A DNA stretch of 64,000 bases, taken from assembly GCA_964057225.1 (NCBI GenBank), contig OZ059896.1, forward strand, positions 11,656,001 through 11,720,000, read 5' to 3'. The stretch's first letter is position 1, and every line of letters begins with the position of its first letter. This document shows, one piece after another, positions 28,262 to 44,073 of the stretch. A model generated the notes under the pieces. That model was given only the letters and a program-made list of their open reading frames with translations. It did no database searches and was not told where the DNA came from. The DNA comes from Auanema rhodensis (lineage: Eukaryota; Animalia; Nematoda). A program made the translations under genes and the position numbers.

Positions 28262-29674
28262 CAGTCATGTGCAAAAAACCTCGGACAAAAATATCTTAGA
28301 GGCCCCAGAAACCCCTTACAAACTACAACAAAATAAAATTTAATAAAAAATCAATATTTCAGGCTTATGAAGTATCAATTTTTCAGAAAATAGGCATCAA
28401 TCTACTGAAACTAAACAATCAATTTAACGATTGAAATTTTTTAACTTTGGAAGCATGAATAATTAAAATTAAAATGCAAAAATCATTTTTTTATTATTTA
28501 GATGGCTAAAGGAAAGAAGACTTGTGAAGAAGTAAGAGTTATAATCCGTAACTTGAAAGCAAAAGGCCTGACAATTAGAAAAATCAGCGACCTTCTCAGT
28601 ATTCCAAAAAGTACTGTGCATCAAGTGTTCAAAGATGATGCTCGACCTTATCCAATACAAGGAGAAACGAGAGGAAGACCCCGGAAAACCACACAAGGAC
28701 AGGATGAAATGTTAGTTAAACTTGTTACTAAACATCCAGAACTAACGTCCACCGCTCTGAGTCAACATCTTCTGAAAATGTGCTCTGTACGGCTACACGC
28801 GTCAAACGTGAGAAGAAGACTGATAGCCAGAAATTTAAGAGCCAGGATCCCAGCCCGTAAGCCTCTTATCAGTGTGAAGAACAGGCTAGCCAGAGTGGAG
28901 TTCGCCAACGCACATCTGAATTGGACCTTTGAAGACTGGTCCTCCGTCATTTTTACCGATGAAAGCAAGTTTTGCTTATTCGGAAATGATGGTCCTGCTA
29001 TGGTTCGTAGGCCTCCTTATACAAGATACAACGCCAAATACTTACGACCCACAGTCAAGTATGGTGGAGGCACAATCATGGTTTGGGGTTGCTTCTGCTC
29101 TTCTGAAGTAGGACCACTTTTTCGTGTGGAAGGAAGAATGTGTGCCTCGGATTACCAGGATATCTTGAGAGAATGCCTTCTTCCCTATGCTATTTCCAAG
29201 TTTAGGACAAGAAATAGGTTTATTCTACAACAAGATAATGATCCAAAGCACACGGCCCGTTCAACAATTAGTTTCTTCGAAGATCAACGCCTGAATGTGC
29301 TCAAGTGGCCAAGCCAGTCGCCCGACTTAAACCCGATCGAACATTTATGGCGAGAACTAGGCCGGAAAGCAGCTGGATTTCAATGTTCAACGAAAGAAGA
29401 AAAATTTAGAGTATTACGAATACTCTGGAAAGAAATTTCGCCGGATCTCCTGAAGAATCTGATTCTATCCATGCCTAGAAGACTTCAAGCTGTTATTGAT
29501 AACTTCGGTTATCCAACTAAATATTAATAAAGTTTTTTTTTAACATTTTAGTTGTTTTTATTCATAAGTTTGGTTCCATAGATACTTCAAAATGTGTTTT
29601 TTCGAAATTGTAGTTTGTTTTCATTAACATAGAGGGGTTACAAAATCTTGTCCGAGGTTTTTTGCACATGACTG
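28262..29674 (+). mobile_element. Tc1-family DNA transposon, copy 2 (1413 bp, intact)
   Basis: Same 27-bp TIRs and TA duplication, 4418 bp downstream of copy 1. Only two substitutions seen relative to copy 1 (tcaatgtct vs tccatgcct). Confidence 0.97.
28502..29527 (+). CDS. Tc1-like transposase, DD34E, 341 aa (P325 where copy 1 has S)
   Basis: Identical to the copy 1 protein except SMPRR vs SMSRR. Confidence 0.96.
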   Translation: MAKGKKTCEEVRVIIRNLKAKGLTIRKISDLLSIPKSTVHQVFKDDARPYPIQGETRGRPRKTTQGQDEMLVKLVTKHPELTSTALSQHLLKMCSVRLHASNVRRRLIARNLRARIPARKPLISVKNRLARVEFANAHLNWTFEDWSSVIFTDESKFCLFGNDGPAMVRRPPYTRYNAKYLRPTVKYGGGTIMVWGCFCSSEVGPLFRVEGRMCASDYQDILRECLLPYAISKFRTRNRFILQQDNDPKHTARSTISFFEDQRLNVLKWPSQSPDLNPIEHLWRELGRKAAGFQCSTKEEKFRVLRILWKEISPDLLKNLILSMPRRLQAVIDNFGYPTKY

Positions 29675-32600
29675 TATTTCTACGACTATTTGATAATTTC
29701 ATTTTTTAAATTTTCCATCATTAAAAAACATTTAAATTTCAATATTGTGATGATCAAAACTGAAACATTTAAATATTTTGTATTTTCTAAACCATTTCAC
29801 TAAATCTATTTTATTTAGTTCCATATTTTAAACAATTTTATAATTCTACCACTATTTCATAATTTCATTTTTTAAATTTTTAATCATTAAAAAACATATA
29901 AATTTCAATATTGTGATGCTCAAAAACTGAAACATTTAAATATTTTGTATTTTCTTAACCATTTCACTAAATCTATTTTATTTAATTCCATATTTTAAAC
30001 AATTTTATAATTCTACGACTATTTGATAATTTCATTTTTTAAATTTTCCATCATTAAAAAACATTTAAATTTCAATATTGTGATGCTCAAAAACTGAAAC
30101 ATTTAAATATTTTGTATTTTCTATACCATTTCACTAAATCTATTTTATTTAATTCCATATTTTAAACAATTTTATAATTCTACCACTATTTCATAATTTC
30201 ATTCTTTAAATTTTTAATCATTAAAAAACATATAAATTTCAATATTGTGATGCTCAAAAACTGAAACATTTAAATATTTTGTATTTTCTAAACCATTTCA
30301 CTAAATCTATTTTATTTAATTCCATATTTTAAACAATTTTATAATTCTACCACTATTTCATAATTTCATTTTTTAAATTTTTAATCATTAAAAAACATAT
30401 AAATTTCAATATTGTGATGCTCAAAAACTGAAACATTTAAATATTTTGTATTTTCTTAACCATTTCACCAAATCTATTTTATTTAATTCCATATTTTAAA
30501 CAATTTTATAATTCTACCACTATTTCATAATTTCATTTTTTTAATTTTTAATCATTAAAAAACATATAAATTTCAATATTGTGATGCTCAAAAACTGAAA
30601 CATTTAAATATTTTGTATTTTCTTAACCATTTCACTAAATCTATTTTATTTAATTCCATATTTTAAACAATTTTTTAATTCTACGACTATTTGATAATTT
30701 CATTTTTTAAATTTTCCATCATTAAAAAACATTTAAATTTCAATATTGTGATGCTCAAAAACTGAAACATTTAAAAATTTTGTATTTTCTATACCATTTC
30801 ACTAAATCTATTTTATTTAATTCCATATTTTAAACAATTTTATAATTCTACGACTATTTGATAATTTCATTTTTTAAATTTTCCATCATTAAAAAACATT
30901 TAAATTTCAATATTGTGATGCTCAAAAACTGAAACATTTAAATATTTTGTATTTTCTATACCATTTCACTAAATCTATTTTATTTAATCCCATATTTTAA
31001 ACAATTTTATAATTCTACCACTATTTCATAATTTCATTTTTTAAATTTTTAATCATTAAAAAATATTTAAATTTCAATATTGTGATGCTCAAAAACTGAA
31101 ACATTCAAATATTTTGTATTTTCTAAACCATTTCACTAAATCTATATTATTTAATCCCGTATTTTGAACAATTTTATAATTCTACCACTATTTCATAATT
31201 TCATTCTTTAAATTTTTAATCATTAAAAAACATTTAAATTTCAATATTGTGATGCTCAAAAACTGAAACATTTAAATATTTTGTATTTTCTTAACCATTT
31301 CACCAAATCTATTTTATTTAATTCCATATTTTAAACAATTTCATAATTCTACCACTATTTCATAATTTCATTCTTTAAATTTTTAATCATTAAAAAACAT
31401 ATAAATTTCAATATTGTGATGATCAAAACTGAAACATTTAAATATTTTGTATTTTCTAAACCATTTCACTAAATCTATTTTATTTAGTTCCATATTTTAA
31501 ACAATTTTATAATTCTACCACTATTTCATAATTTCATTTTTTAAATTTTTAATCATTAAAAAACATATAAATTTCAATATTGTGATGCTCAAAAACTGAA
31601 ACATTTAAATATTTTGTATTTTCTTAACCATTTCACTAAATCTATTTTATTTAATTCCATATTTTAAACAATTTTATAATTCTACGACTATTTGATAATT
31701 TCATTTTTTAAATTTTCCATCATTAAAAAACATTTAAATTTCAATATTGTGATGCTCAAAAACTGAAACATTTAAATATTTTGTATTTTCTATACCATTT
31801 CACTAAATCTATTTTATTTAATTCCATATTTTAAACAATTTTATAATTCTACCACTATTTCATAATTTCATTCTTTAAATTTTTAATCATTAAAAAACAT
31901 ATAAATTTCAATATTGTGATGCTCAAAAACTGAAACATTTAAATATTTTGTATTTTCTTAACCATTTCACCAAATCTATTTTATTTAATTCCATATTTTA
32001 AACAATTTTATAATTCTACCACTATTTCATAATTTCATTTTTTAAATTTTTAATCATTAAAAAACATATAAATTTCAATATTGTGATGCTCAAAAACTGA
32101 AACATTTAAATATTTTGTATTTTCTTAACCATTTCACTAAATCTATTTTATTCAATCCCATATTTTAAACAATTTTATAATTCTACCACTATTTCATAAT
32201 TTCATTTTTTAAATTTTTAATCATTAAAAAATATTTAAATTTCAATATTGTGATGATCAAAAACTGAAACATTCAAATATTTTGTATTTTCTAAACCATT
32301 TCACTAAATCTATATTATTTAATCCCGTATTTTGAACAATTTTATAATTCTACCACTATTTCATAATTTCATTCTTTAAATTTTTAATCATTAAAAAACA
32401 TATAAATTTCAATATTGTGATGATCAAAACTGAAACATTTAAATATTTTGTATTTTCTAAACCATTTCACTAAATCTATTTTATTTAGTTCCATATTTTA
32501 AACAATTTTATAATTCTACCACTATTTCATAATTTCATTTTTTAAATTTTTAATCATTAAAAAACATATAAATTTCAATATTGTGATGCTCAAAAACTGA

Positions 32601-35600
32601 AACATTTAAATATTTTGTATTTTCTTAACCATTTCACTAAATCTATTTTATTTAATTCCATATTTTAAACAATTTTATAATTCTACGACTATTTGATAAT
32701 TTCATTTTTTAAATTTTCAATCATTAAAAAACATTTAAATTTCAATATTGTGATGCTCAAAAACTGAAACATTTAAATATTTTGTATTTTCTAAACCATT
32801 TCACTAAATCTATTTTATTTAATCCCATATTTTGAACAATTTTATAATTATACCACTATTTCATAATTTCATTCTTTAAATTTTTAATCATTAAAAAACA
32901 TATAAATTTCAATATTGTGATGCTCAAAAACTGAAACATTTGAATATTTTGTATTTTCTTAACCATTTCACCAAATCTATTTTATTTAATTCCATATTTT
33001 AAACAATTTTATAATTCTACCACTATTTCATAATTTCATTTTTTAAATTTTTAATCATTAAAAAACATATAAATTTCAATATTGTGATGCTCAAAAACTG
33101 AAACATTTAAATATTTTGTATTTTCTAAACCATTTCACTAAATCTATTTTATTTAATTCCATATTTTAAACAATTTTATAATTCTACCACTATTTCATAA
33201 TTTCATTTTTTAAATTTTTAATCATTAAAAAATATTTAAATTTCAATATTGTGATGCTCAAAAACTGAAACATTCAAATATTTTGTATTTTCTAAACCAT
33301 TTCACTAAATCTATATTATTTAATCCCGTATTTTGAACAATTTTATAATTCTACCACTATTTCATAATTTCATTCTTTAAATTTTTAATCATTAAAAAAC
33401 ATATAAATTTCAATATTGTGATGCTCAAAAACTGAAACATTTAAATATTTTGTATTTTCTAAACCCTTTCACTAAATCTATTTTATTTAATTCCATATTT
33501 TAAACAATTTTATAATTCTACCACTATTTCATAATTTCATTTTTTAAATTTTTAATCATTAAAAAAACATATAAATTTCAATATTGTGATGCTCAAAAAC
33601 TGAAACATTTAAATATTTTGTATTTTCTAAACCATTTCACTAAATCTATTTTATTTAATTCCATATTTTAAACAATTTTATAATTCTACCACTATTTCAT
33701 AATTTCATTTTTTAAATTTTTAATCATTAAAAAACATATAAATTTCAATATTGTGATGATCAAAACTGAAACATTTAAATATTTTGTATTTTCTAAACCA
33801 TTTCACTAAATCTATTTTATTTAATTCCATATTTTAAACAATTTTATAATTCTACGACTATTTGATAATTTCATTTTTTAAATTTTCAATCATTAAAAAA
33901 CATTTAAATTTCAATATTGTGATGCTCAAAAACTGAAACATTTAAATATTTTGTATTTTCTAAACCATTTCACTGCATCTCTTTTATTTAATTCCATATT
34001 TTAAACAATTTTATAATTCTACCACTATTTCATAATTTCATTTTTTAAATTTTTAATCATTAAAAAACATATAAATTTCAATATTGTGATGATCAAAAAC
34101 TGAAACATTTAAATATTTTGTATTTTCTAAACCAGTTCACTAAATCTATTTTATTTAATTCCATATTTTAAACAATTTTATAATTCTACGACTATTTGAT
34201 AATTTCATTTTTTAAATTTTCAATCATTAAAAAACATTTAAATTTCAATATTGTGATGCTCAAAAACTGAAACATTTAAATATTTTGTATTTTCTAAACC
34301 ATTTCACTAAATCTATTCTATTTAATTCCATATTTTGAACAATTTTATATTTCTACGACTATTTGATAATTTCATTTTTTAAATTTTTAATCATTAAAAA
34401 ACATATAAATTTCAATATTGTGATGATCAAAACTGAAACATTTAAATATTTTGTATTTTCTAAACCATTTCACTAAATCTATTTTATTTAGTTCCATATT
34501 TTAAACAATTTTATAATTCTACCACTATTTCATAATTTCATTTTTTAAATTTTTAATCATTAAAAAACATATAAATTTCAATATTGTGATGCTCAAAAAC
34601 TGAAACATTTAAATATTTTGTATTTTCTTAACCATTTCACTAAATCTATTTTATTTAATTCCATATTTTAAACAATTTTATAATTCTACGACTATTTGAT
34701 AATTTCATTTTTTAAATTTTTAATCATTAAAAAACATATAAATTTCAATATTGTGATGCTCAAAAACTGAAACATTTAAATATTTTGTATTTTCTTAACC
34801 ATTTCACTAAATCTATATTATTTAATCCCGTATTTTGAACAATTTTATAATTCTACCACTATTTCATAATTTCATTCTTTAAATTTTTAATCATTAAAAA
34901 ACATTTAAATTTCAATATTGTGATGCTCAAAAACTGAAACATTTAAATATTTTGTATTTTCTTAACCATTTCACCAAATCTATTTTATTTAATTCCATAT
35001 TTTAAACAATTTCATAATTCTACCACTATTTCATAATTTCATTCTTTAAATTTTTAATCATTAAAAAACATATAAATTTCAATATTGTGATGATCAAAAC
35101 TGAAACATTTAAATATTTTGTATTTTCTAAACCATTTCACTAAATCTATTTTATTTAGTTCCATATTTTAAACAATTTTATAATTCTACGACTATTTGAT
35201 AATTTCATTTTTTAAATTTTTAATCATTAAAAAACATATAAATTTCAATATTGTGATGATCAAAACTGAAACATTTAAATATTTTGTATTTTCTTAACCA
35301 TTTCACCAAATCTATTTTATTTAATTCCATATTTTAAACAATTTCATAATTCTACCACTATTTCATAATTTCATTCTTTAAATTTTTAATCATTAAAAAA
35401 CATTTAAATTTCAATATTGTGATGCTCAAAAACTGAAACATTTAAATATTTTGTATTTTCTTAACCATTTCACCAAATCTATTTTATTTAATTCCATATT
35501 TTAAACAATTTTATAATTCTACCACTATTTCATAATTTCATTCTTTAAATTTTTAATCATTAAAAAACATTTAAATTTCAATATTGTGATGCTCAAAAAC

Positions 35601-38600
35601 TGAAACATTTAAATATTTTGTATTTTCTTAACCATTTCACCAAATCTATTTTATTTAATTCCATATTTTAAACAATTTCATAATTCTACCACTATTTCAT
35701 AATTTCATTCTTTAAATTTTTAATCATTAAAAAACATATAAATTTCAATATTGTGATGATCAAAACTGAAACATTTAAATATTTTGTATTTTCTAAACCA
35801 TTTCACTAAATCTATTTTATTTAATTCCATATTTTAAACAATTTTATAATTCTACGACTATTTGATAATTTCATTTTTTAAATTTTTAATCATTAAAAAA
35901 CATATAAATTTCAATATTGTGATGATCAAAACTGAAACATTTAAATATTTTGTATTTTCTTAACCATTTCACCAAATCTATTTTATTTAATTCCATATTT
36001 TAAACAATTTCATAATTCTACCACTATTTCATAATTTCATTCTTTAAATTTTTAATCATTAAAAAACATATAAATTTCAATATTGTGATGATCAAAACTG
36101 AAACATTTAAATATTTTGTATTTTCTAAACCATTTCACTAAATCTATTTTATTTAGTTCCATATTTTAAACAATTTTATAATTCTACCACTATTTCATAA
36201 TTTCATTTTTTAAATTTTTAATCATTAAAAAACATATAAATTTCAATATTGTGATGCTCAAAAACTGAAACATTTAAATATTTTGTATTTTCTTAACCAT
36301 TTCACTAAATCTATTTTATTTAATTCCATATTTTAAACAATTTTATAATTCTACGACTATTTGATAATTTCATTTTTTAAATTTTCAATCATTAAAAAAC
36401 ATTTAAATTTCAATATTGTGATGCTCAAAAACTGAAACATTTAAATATTTTGTATTTTCTAAACCATTTCACTAAATCTATTTCATTTAATTCCATATTT
36501 TAAACAATTTTATAATTCTACCACTATTTCATAATTTCATTCTTTAAATTTTTAATCATTAAAAAACATATAAATTTCAATATTGTGATGCTCAAAAACT
36601 GAAACATTTAAATATTTTGTATTTTCTTAACCATTTCACCAAATCTATTTTATTTAATTCCATATTTTAAACAATTTTATAATTCTACCACTATTTCATA
36701 ATTTCATTTTTTAAATTTTTAATCATTAAAAAACATATAAATTTCAATATTGTGATGCTCAAAAACTGAAACATTTAAATATTTTGTATTTTCTTAACCA
36801 TTTCACTAAATCTATTTTATTTAATCCCATATTTTAAACAATTTTATAATTCTACCACTATTTCATAATTTCATTTTCTAAATTTTTAATCATTAAAAAA
36901 TATTTAAATTTCAATATTGTGATGCTCAAAAACTGAAACATTCAAATATTTTGTATTTTCTAAACCATTTCACTAAATCTATATTATTTAATCCCGTATT
37001 TTGAACAATTTTATAATTCTACCACTATTTCATAATTTCATTCTTTAAATTTTTAATCATTAAAAAACATTTAAATTTCAATATTGTGATGCTCAAAAAC
37101 TGAAACATTTAAATATTTTGTATTTTCTTAACCATTTCACCAAATCTATTTTATTAAATTCCATATTTTAAACAATTTCATAATTCTACCACTATTTCAT
37201 AATTTCATTCTTTAAATTTTTAATCATTAAAAAACATATAAATTTCAATATTGTGATGATCAAAACTGAAACATTTAAATATTTTGTATTTTCTAAACCA
37301 TTTCACTAAATCTATTTTATTTAGTTCCATATTTTAAACAATTTTATAATTCTACCACTATTTCATAATTTCATTTTTTAAATTTTTAATCATTAAAAAA
37401 CATATAAATTTCAATATTGTGATGCTCAAAAACTGAAACATTTAAATATTTTGTATTTTCTTAACCATTTCACTAAATCTATTTTATTTAATTCCATATT
37501 TTAAACAATTTTATAATTCTACGACTATTTGATAATTTCATTTTTTAAATTTTCAATCATTAAAAAACATTTAAATTTCAATATTGTGATGCTCAAAAAC
37601 TGAAACATTTAAATATTTTGTATTTTCTAAACCATTTCACTAAATCTATTTTATTTAATCCCATATTTTGAACAATTTTATAATTATACCACTATTTCAT
37701 AATTTCATTCTTTAAATTTTTAATCATTAAAAAACATATAAATTTCAATATTGTGATGCTCAAAAACTGAAACATTTAAATATTTTGTATTTTCTTAACC
37801 ATTTCACCAAATCTATTTTATTTAATTCCATATTTTAAACAATTTTATAATTCTACCACTATTTCATAATTTCATTTTTTAAATTTTTAATCATTAAAAA
37901 ACATATAAATTTCAATATTGTGATGCTCAAAAACTGAAACATTTAAATATTTTGTATTTTCTAAACCATTTCACTAAATCTATTTTATTTAATTCCATAT
38001 TTTAAACAATTTTATAATTCTACCACTATTTCATAATTTCATTTTTTAAATTTTTAATCATTAAAAAACATATAAATTTCAATATTGTGATGCTCAAAAA
38101 CTGAAACATTTAAATATTTTGTATTTTCTAAACCCTTTCACTAAATCTATTTTATTTAATTCCATATTTTAAACAATTTTATAATTCTACCACTATTTCA
38201 TAATTTCATTTTTTAAATTTTTAATCATTAAAAAACATATAAATTTCAATATTGTGATGCTCAAAAACTGAAACATTTAAATATTTTGTATTTTCTAAAC
38301 CATTTCACTAAATCTATTTTATTTAATTCCATATTTTAAACAATTTTATAATTCTACCACTATTTCATAATTTCATTTTTTAAATTTTTAATCATTAAAA
38401 AACATATAAATTTCAATATTGTGATGATCAAAACTGAAACATTTAAATATTTTGTATTTTCTAAACCATTTCACTAAATCTATTTTATTTAATTCCATAT
38501 TTTAAACAATTTTATAATTCTACCACTATTTCATAATTTCATTTTTTAAATTTTTAATCATTAAAAAACATATAAATTTCAATATTGTGATGCTCAAAAA

Positions 38601-41600
38601 CTGAAACATTTAAATATTTTGTATTTTCTTAACCATTTCACTAAATCTATTTTATTTAATTCCATATTTTAAACAATTTTATAATTCTACCACTATTTCA
38701 TAATTTCATTCTTTAAATTTTTAATCATTAAAAAACATATAAATTTCAATATTGTGATGCTCAAAAACTGAAACATTTAAATATTTTGTATTTTCTTAAC
38801 CATTTCACCAAATCTATTTTATTTAATTCCATATTTTAAACAATTTTATAATTCTACCACTATTTCATAATTTCATTTTTTAAATTTTTAATCATTAAAA
38901 AACATATAAATTTCAATATTGTGATGCTCAAAAACTGAAACATTTAAATATTTTGTATTTTCTTAACCATTTCACTAAATCTATTTTATTTAATTCCATA
39001 TTTTAAACAATTTTATAATTCTACCACTATTTCATAATTTCATTCTTTAAATTTTTAATCATTAAAAAACATATAAATTTCAATATTGTGATGCTCAAAA
39101 ACTGAAACATTTAAATATTTTGTATTTTCTTAACCATTTCACCAAATCTATTTTATTTAATTCCATATTTTAAACAATTTTATAATTCTACCACTATTTC
39201 ATAATTTCATTCTTTAAATTTTTAATCATTAAAAAATATATAAATTTCAATATTGTGATAATCAAAAACTGAAACATTTAAATATTTTGTATTTTCTAAA
39301 CCATTTCACTAAATCTATTTTTTTTAATTCCATATTTTAAACAATTTTATAATTCTACCACTATTTCATAATTTCATTCTGTAAATATTTAATCATTAAA
39401 AAACATATAAATTTCAATATTGTGATGCTCAAAAACTGAAACATTTAAATATTTTGTATTTTCTAAACCATTTCACTAAATCTATTTTATTTAATTCCAT
39501 ATTTTAAACAATTTTATAATTCTACCACTATTTCATAATTTCATTCTTTAAATTTTTAATCATTAAAAAACATATAAATTTCAATATTGTGATGCTCAAA
39601 AACTGAAACATTTAAATATTTTGTATTTTCTTAACCATTTCACCAAATCTATTTTATTTAATTCCATATTTTAAACAATTTTATAATTCTACCACTATTT
39701 CATAATTTCATTTTTTAAATTTTTAATCATTAAAAAACATATAAATTTCAATATTGTGATGCTCAAAAACTGAAACATTTAAATATTTTGTATTTTCTAA
39801 ACCATTTCACTAAATCTATTTTATTTAATTCCATATTTTAAACAATTTTATATTTCTACCACTTTTTCATAATTTCATTTTTTAAATTTTTAATCATTAA
39901 AAAACATATAAATTTCAATATTGTGATGCTCAAAAACTGAAACATTTAAATATTTTGTATTTTCTAAACCCTTTCACTAAATCTATTTTATTTAATTCCA
40001 TATTTTAAACAATTTTATAATTCTACCACTATTTCATAATTTCATTTTTTAAATTTTTAATCATTAAAAAACATATAAATTTCAATATTGTGATGCTCAA
40101 AAACTGAAACATTTAAATATTTTGTATTTTCTAAACCATTTCACTAAATCTATTTTATTTAATTCCATATTTTAAACAATTTTATAATTCTACCACTATT
40201 TCATAATTTCATTTTTTAAATTTTTAATCATTAAAAAACATATAAATTTCAATATTGTGATGATCAAAACTGAAACATTTAAATATTTTGTATTTTCTAA
40301 ACCATTTCACTAAATCTATTTTATTTAATTCCATATTTTAAACAATTTTATAATTCTACCACTATTTCATAATTTCATTTTTTAAATTTTTAATCATTAA
40401 AAAACATATAAATTTCAATATTGTGATGCTCAAAAACTGAAACATTTAAATATTTTGTATTTTCTTAACCATTTCACTAAATCTATTTTATTTAATTCCA
40501 TATTTTAAACAATTTTATAATTCTACCACTATTTCATAATTTCATTCTTTAAATTTTTAATCATTAAAAAACATATAAATTTCAATATTGTGATGCTCAA
40601 AAACTGAAACATTTAAATATTTTGTATTTTCTTAACCATTTCACCAAATCTATTTTATTTAATTCCATATTTTAAACAATTTTATAATTCTACCACTATT
40701 TCATAATTTCATTTTTTAAATTTTTAATCATTAAAAAACATATAAATTTCAATATTGTGATGCTCAAAAACTGAAACATTTAAATATTTTGTATTTTCTT
40801 AACCATTTCACTAAATCTATTTTATTTAATTCCATATTTTAAACAATTTTATAATTCTACCACTATTTCATAATTTCATTCTTTAAATTTTTAATCATTA
40901 AAAAACATATAAATTTCAATATTGTGATGCTCAAAAACTGAAACATTTAAATATTTTGTATTTTCTTAACCATTTCACCAAATCTATTTTATTTAATTCC
41001 ATATTTTAAACAATTTTATAATTCTACCACTATTTCATAATTTCATTCTTTAAATTTTTAATCATTAAAAAATATATAAATTTCAATATTGTGATGATCA
41101 AAAACTGAAACATTTAAATATTTTGTATTTTCTAAACCATTTCACTAAATCTATTTTTTTTAATTCCATATTTTAAACAATTTTATAATTCTACCACTAT
41201 TTCATAATTTCATTTTGTAAATATTTAATCATTAAAAAACATATAAATTTCAATATTGTGATGCTCAAAAACTGGAACATTTAAATATTTTGTATTTTCT
41301 TAACCATTTCACCAAATCTATTTTATTTAATTCCATATTTTAAACAATTTTATAATTCTACCACTATTTCATAATTTCATTCTTTAAATTTTTAATCATT
41401 AAAAAACATATAAATTTCAATATTGTGAAGATCAAAAACTGAAACATTTAAATATTTTGTATTTTCTAAACCATTTCACTAAATCTATTTTTTTTAATTC
41501 CATATTTTAAACAATTTTATAATTCTACCACTATTTCATAATTTCATTTTTTAAATTTTTAATCATTAAAAAACATATAAATTTCAATATTGTGATGCTC

Positions 41601-44073
41601 AAAAACTGAAACATTTAAATATTTTGTATTTTCTTAACCATTTCACTCCATCTATTTTATTTAATCCCATATTTTATACAATTTTTTAATTCTACCACAA
41701 TTTCATAATTTCATTTTTTAAATTTTCAATCATTAAAAAACATTTAAATTTTAATATTGTGATGCTCAAAAACTGAAACATTTAAATATTTTGTATTTTC
41801 TTAACCATTTCACCAAATCTATTTTATTTAATTCCATATTTTAAACAATTTTATAATTCTACCACTATTTCATAATTTCATTTTTTAAATTTTTAATCAT
41901 TAAAAAACATATAAATTTCAATATTGTGATGCTCAAAAACTGAAACATTTAAATATTTTGTATTTTCTTAACCATTTCACTAAATCTATTTTATTTAATT
42001 CCATATTTTAAACAACTTTATAATTCTACCACTATTTCATAATTTCATTCTTTAAATTTTTAATCATTAAAAAACATATAAATTTCAATATTGTGATGCT
42101 CAAAAACTGAAACATTTAAATATTTTGTATTTTCTTAACCATTTCACTAAATCTATTTTATTTAATTCCATATTTTAAACAACTTTATAATTCTACCACT
42201 ATTTCATAATTTCATTCTTTAAATTTTTAATCATTAAAAAACATATAAATTTCAATATTGTGATGCTCAAAAACTGAAACATTTAAATATTTTGTATTTT
42301 CTTAACCATTTCACTCCATCTCTTTTATTTAATCCCATATTTTAAACAATTTTATAATTCTACCACTATTTCATAATTTCATTCTTTAAATTTTTAATCA
42401 TTAAAAAACATATAAATTTCAATATTGTGATGCTCAAAAACTGAAACATTTAAATATTTTGTATTTTCTAAACCATTTCACTAAACCTATTTTTTTTAAT
42501 TCCATATTTTAAACAATTTTATAATTCTACCACTATTTCATAATTTCATTTTTTAAATTTTTAATCATTAAAAAACATATAAATTTCAATATTGTGATGC
42601 TCAAAAACTGGAACATTTAAATATTTTGTATTTTCTTAACCATTTCACCAAATCTATTTTATTTAATTCCATATTTTAAACAATTTTATAATTCTACCAC
42701 TATTTCATAATTTCATTTTTTAAATTTTTAATCATTAAAAAACATATAAATTTCAATATTGTGATGCTCAAAAACTGAAACATTTAAATATTTTGTATTT
42801 TCTAAACCATTTCACTAAATCTATTTTTTTTAATTCCATATTTTAAACAATTTTATAATTCTACCACTATTTCATAATTTCATTTTTTAAATTTTTAATC
42901 ATTAAAAAACATATAAATTTCAATATTGTGATGCTCAAAAACTGAAACATTTAAATATTTTGTATTTTCTAAACCATTTCACTAAATCTATTTTATTTAA
43001 TTCCATATTTTAAACAATTTTATAATTCTACCACTATTTCATAATTTCATTTTTTAAATTTTTAATCATTAAAAAACATATAAATTTCAATATTGTGATG
43101 CTCAAAAACTGAAACATTTAAATATTTTGTATTTTCTTAACCATTTCACTCCATCTATTTTATTTAATCCCATATTTTATACAATTTTTTAATTCTACCA
43201 CAATTTCATAATTTCATTTTTTAAATTTTCAATCATTAAAAAACATTTAAATTTTAATATTGTGATGCTCAAAAACTGAAACATTTAAATATTTTGTATT
43301 TTCTTAACCATTTCACCAAATCTATTTTATTTAATTCCATATTTTAAACAATTTTATAATTCTACCACTATTTCATAATTTCATTTTTTAAATTTTTAAT
43401 CATTAAAAAACATATAAATTTCAATATTGTGATGCTCAAAAACTGAAACATTTAAATATTTTGTATTTTCTTAACCATTTCACTAAATCTATTTTATTTA
43501 ATTCCATATTTTAAACAACTTTATAATTCTACCACTATTTCATAATTTCATTCTTTAAATTTTTAATCATTAAAAAACATATAAATTTCAATATTGTGAT
43601 GCTCAAAAACTGAAACATTTAAATATTTTGTATTTTCTTAACCATTTCACTCCATCTCTTTTATTTAATCCCATATTTTAAACAATTTTATAATTCTACC
43701 ACTATTTCATAATTTCATTCTTTAAATTTTTAATCATTAAAAAACATTTAAATTTCAATATTGTGATGATCAAAAACTGAAACATTTAAATATTTTGTAT
43801 TTTCTAAACCATTTCACTCCATCTCTTTTATTTAATTCCATAGTTTAAACAATTTTATATTTCTACCACAATTTCATAATTTCATTTTTTAAATTTTTAA
43901 TCATTAAAAAACATATAAATTTCAATATTGTGATGATCAAAAACTGAAACATTTAAATATTTTATATTTTCTAAACCATTTCACTCCATCTCTTTTATTT
44001 AATTCCATATTTTAAACAATTTCATAATTCTACCACTATTTCATAATTTCATTTTTTAAATTTTTAATCATTA

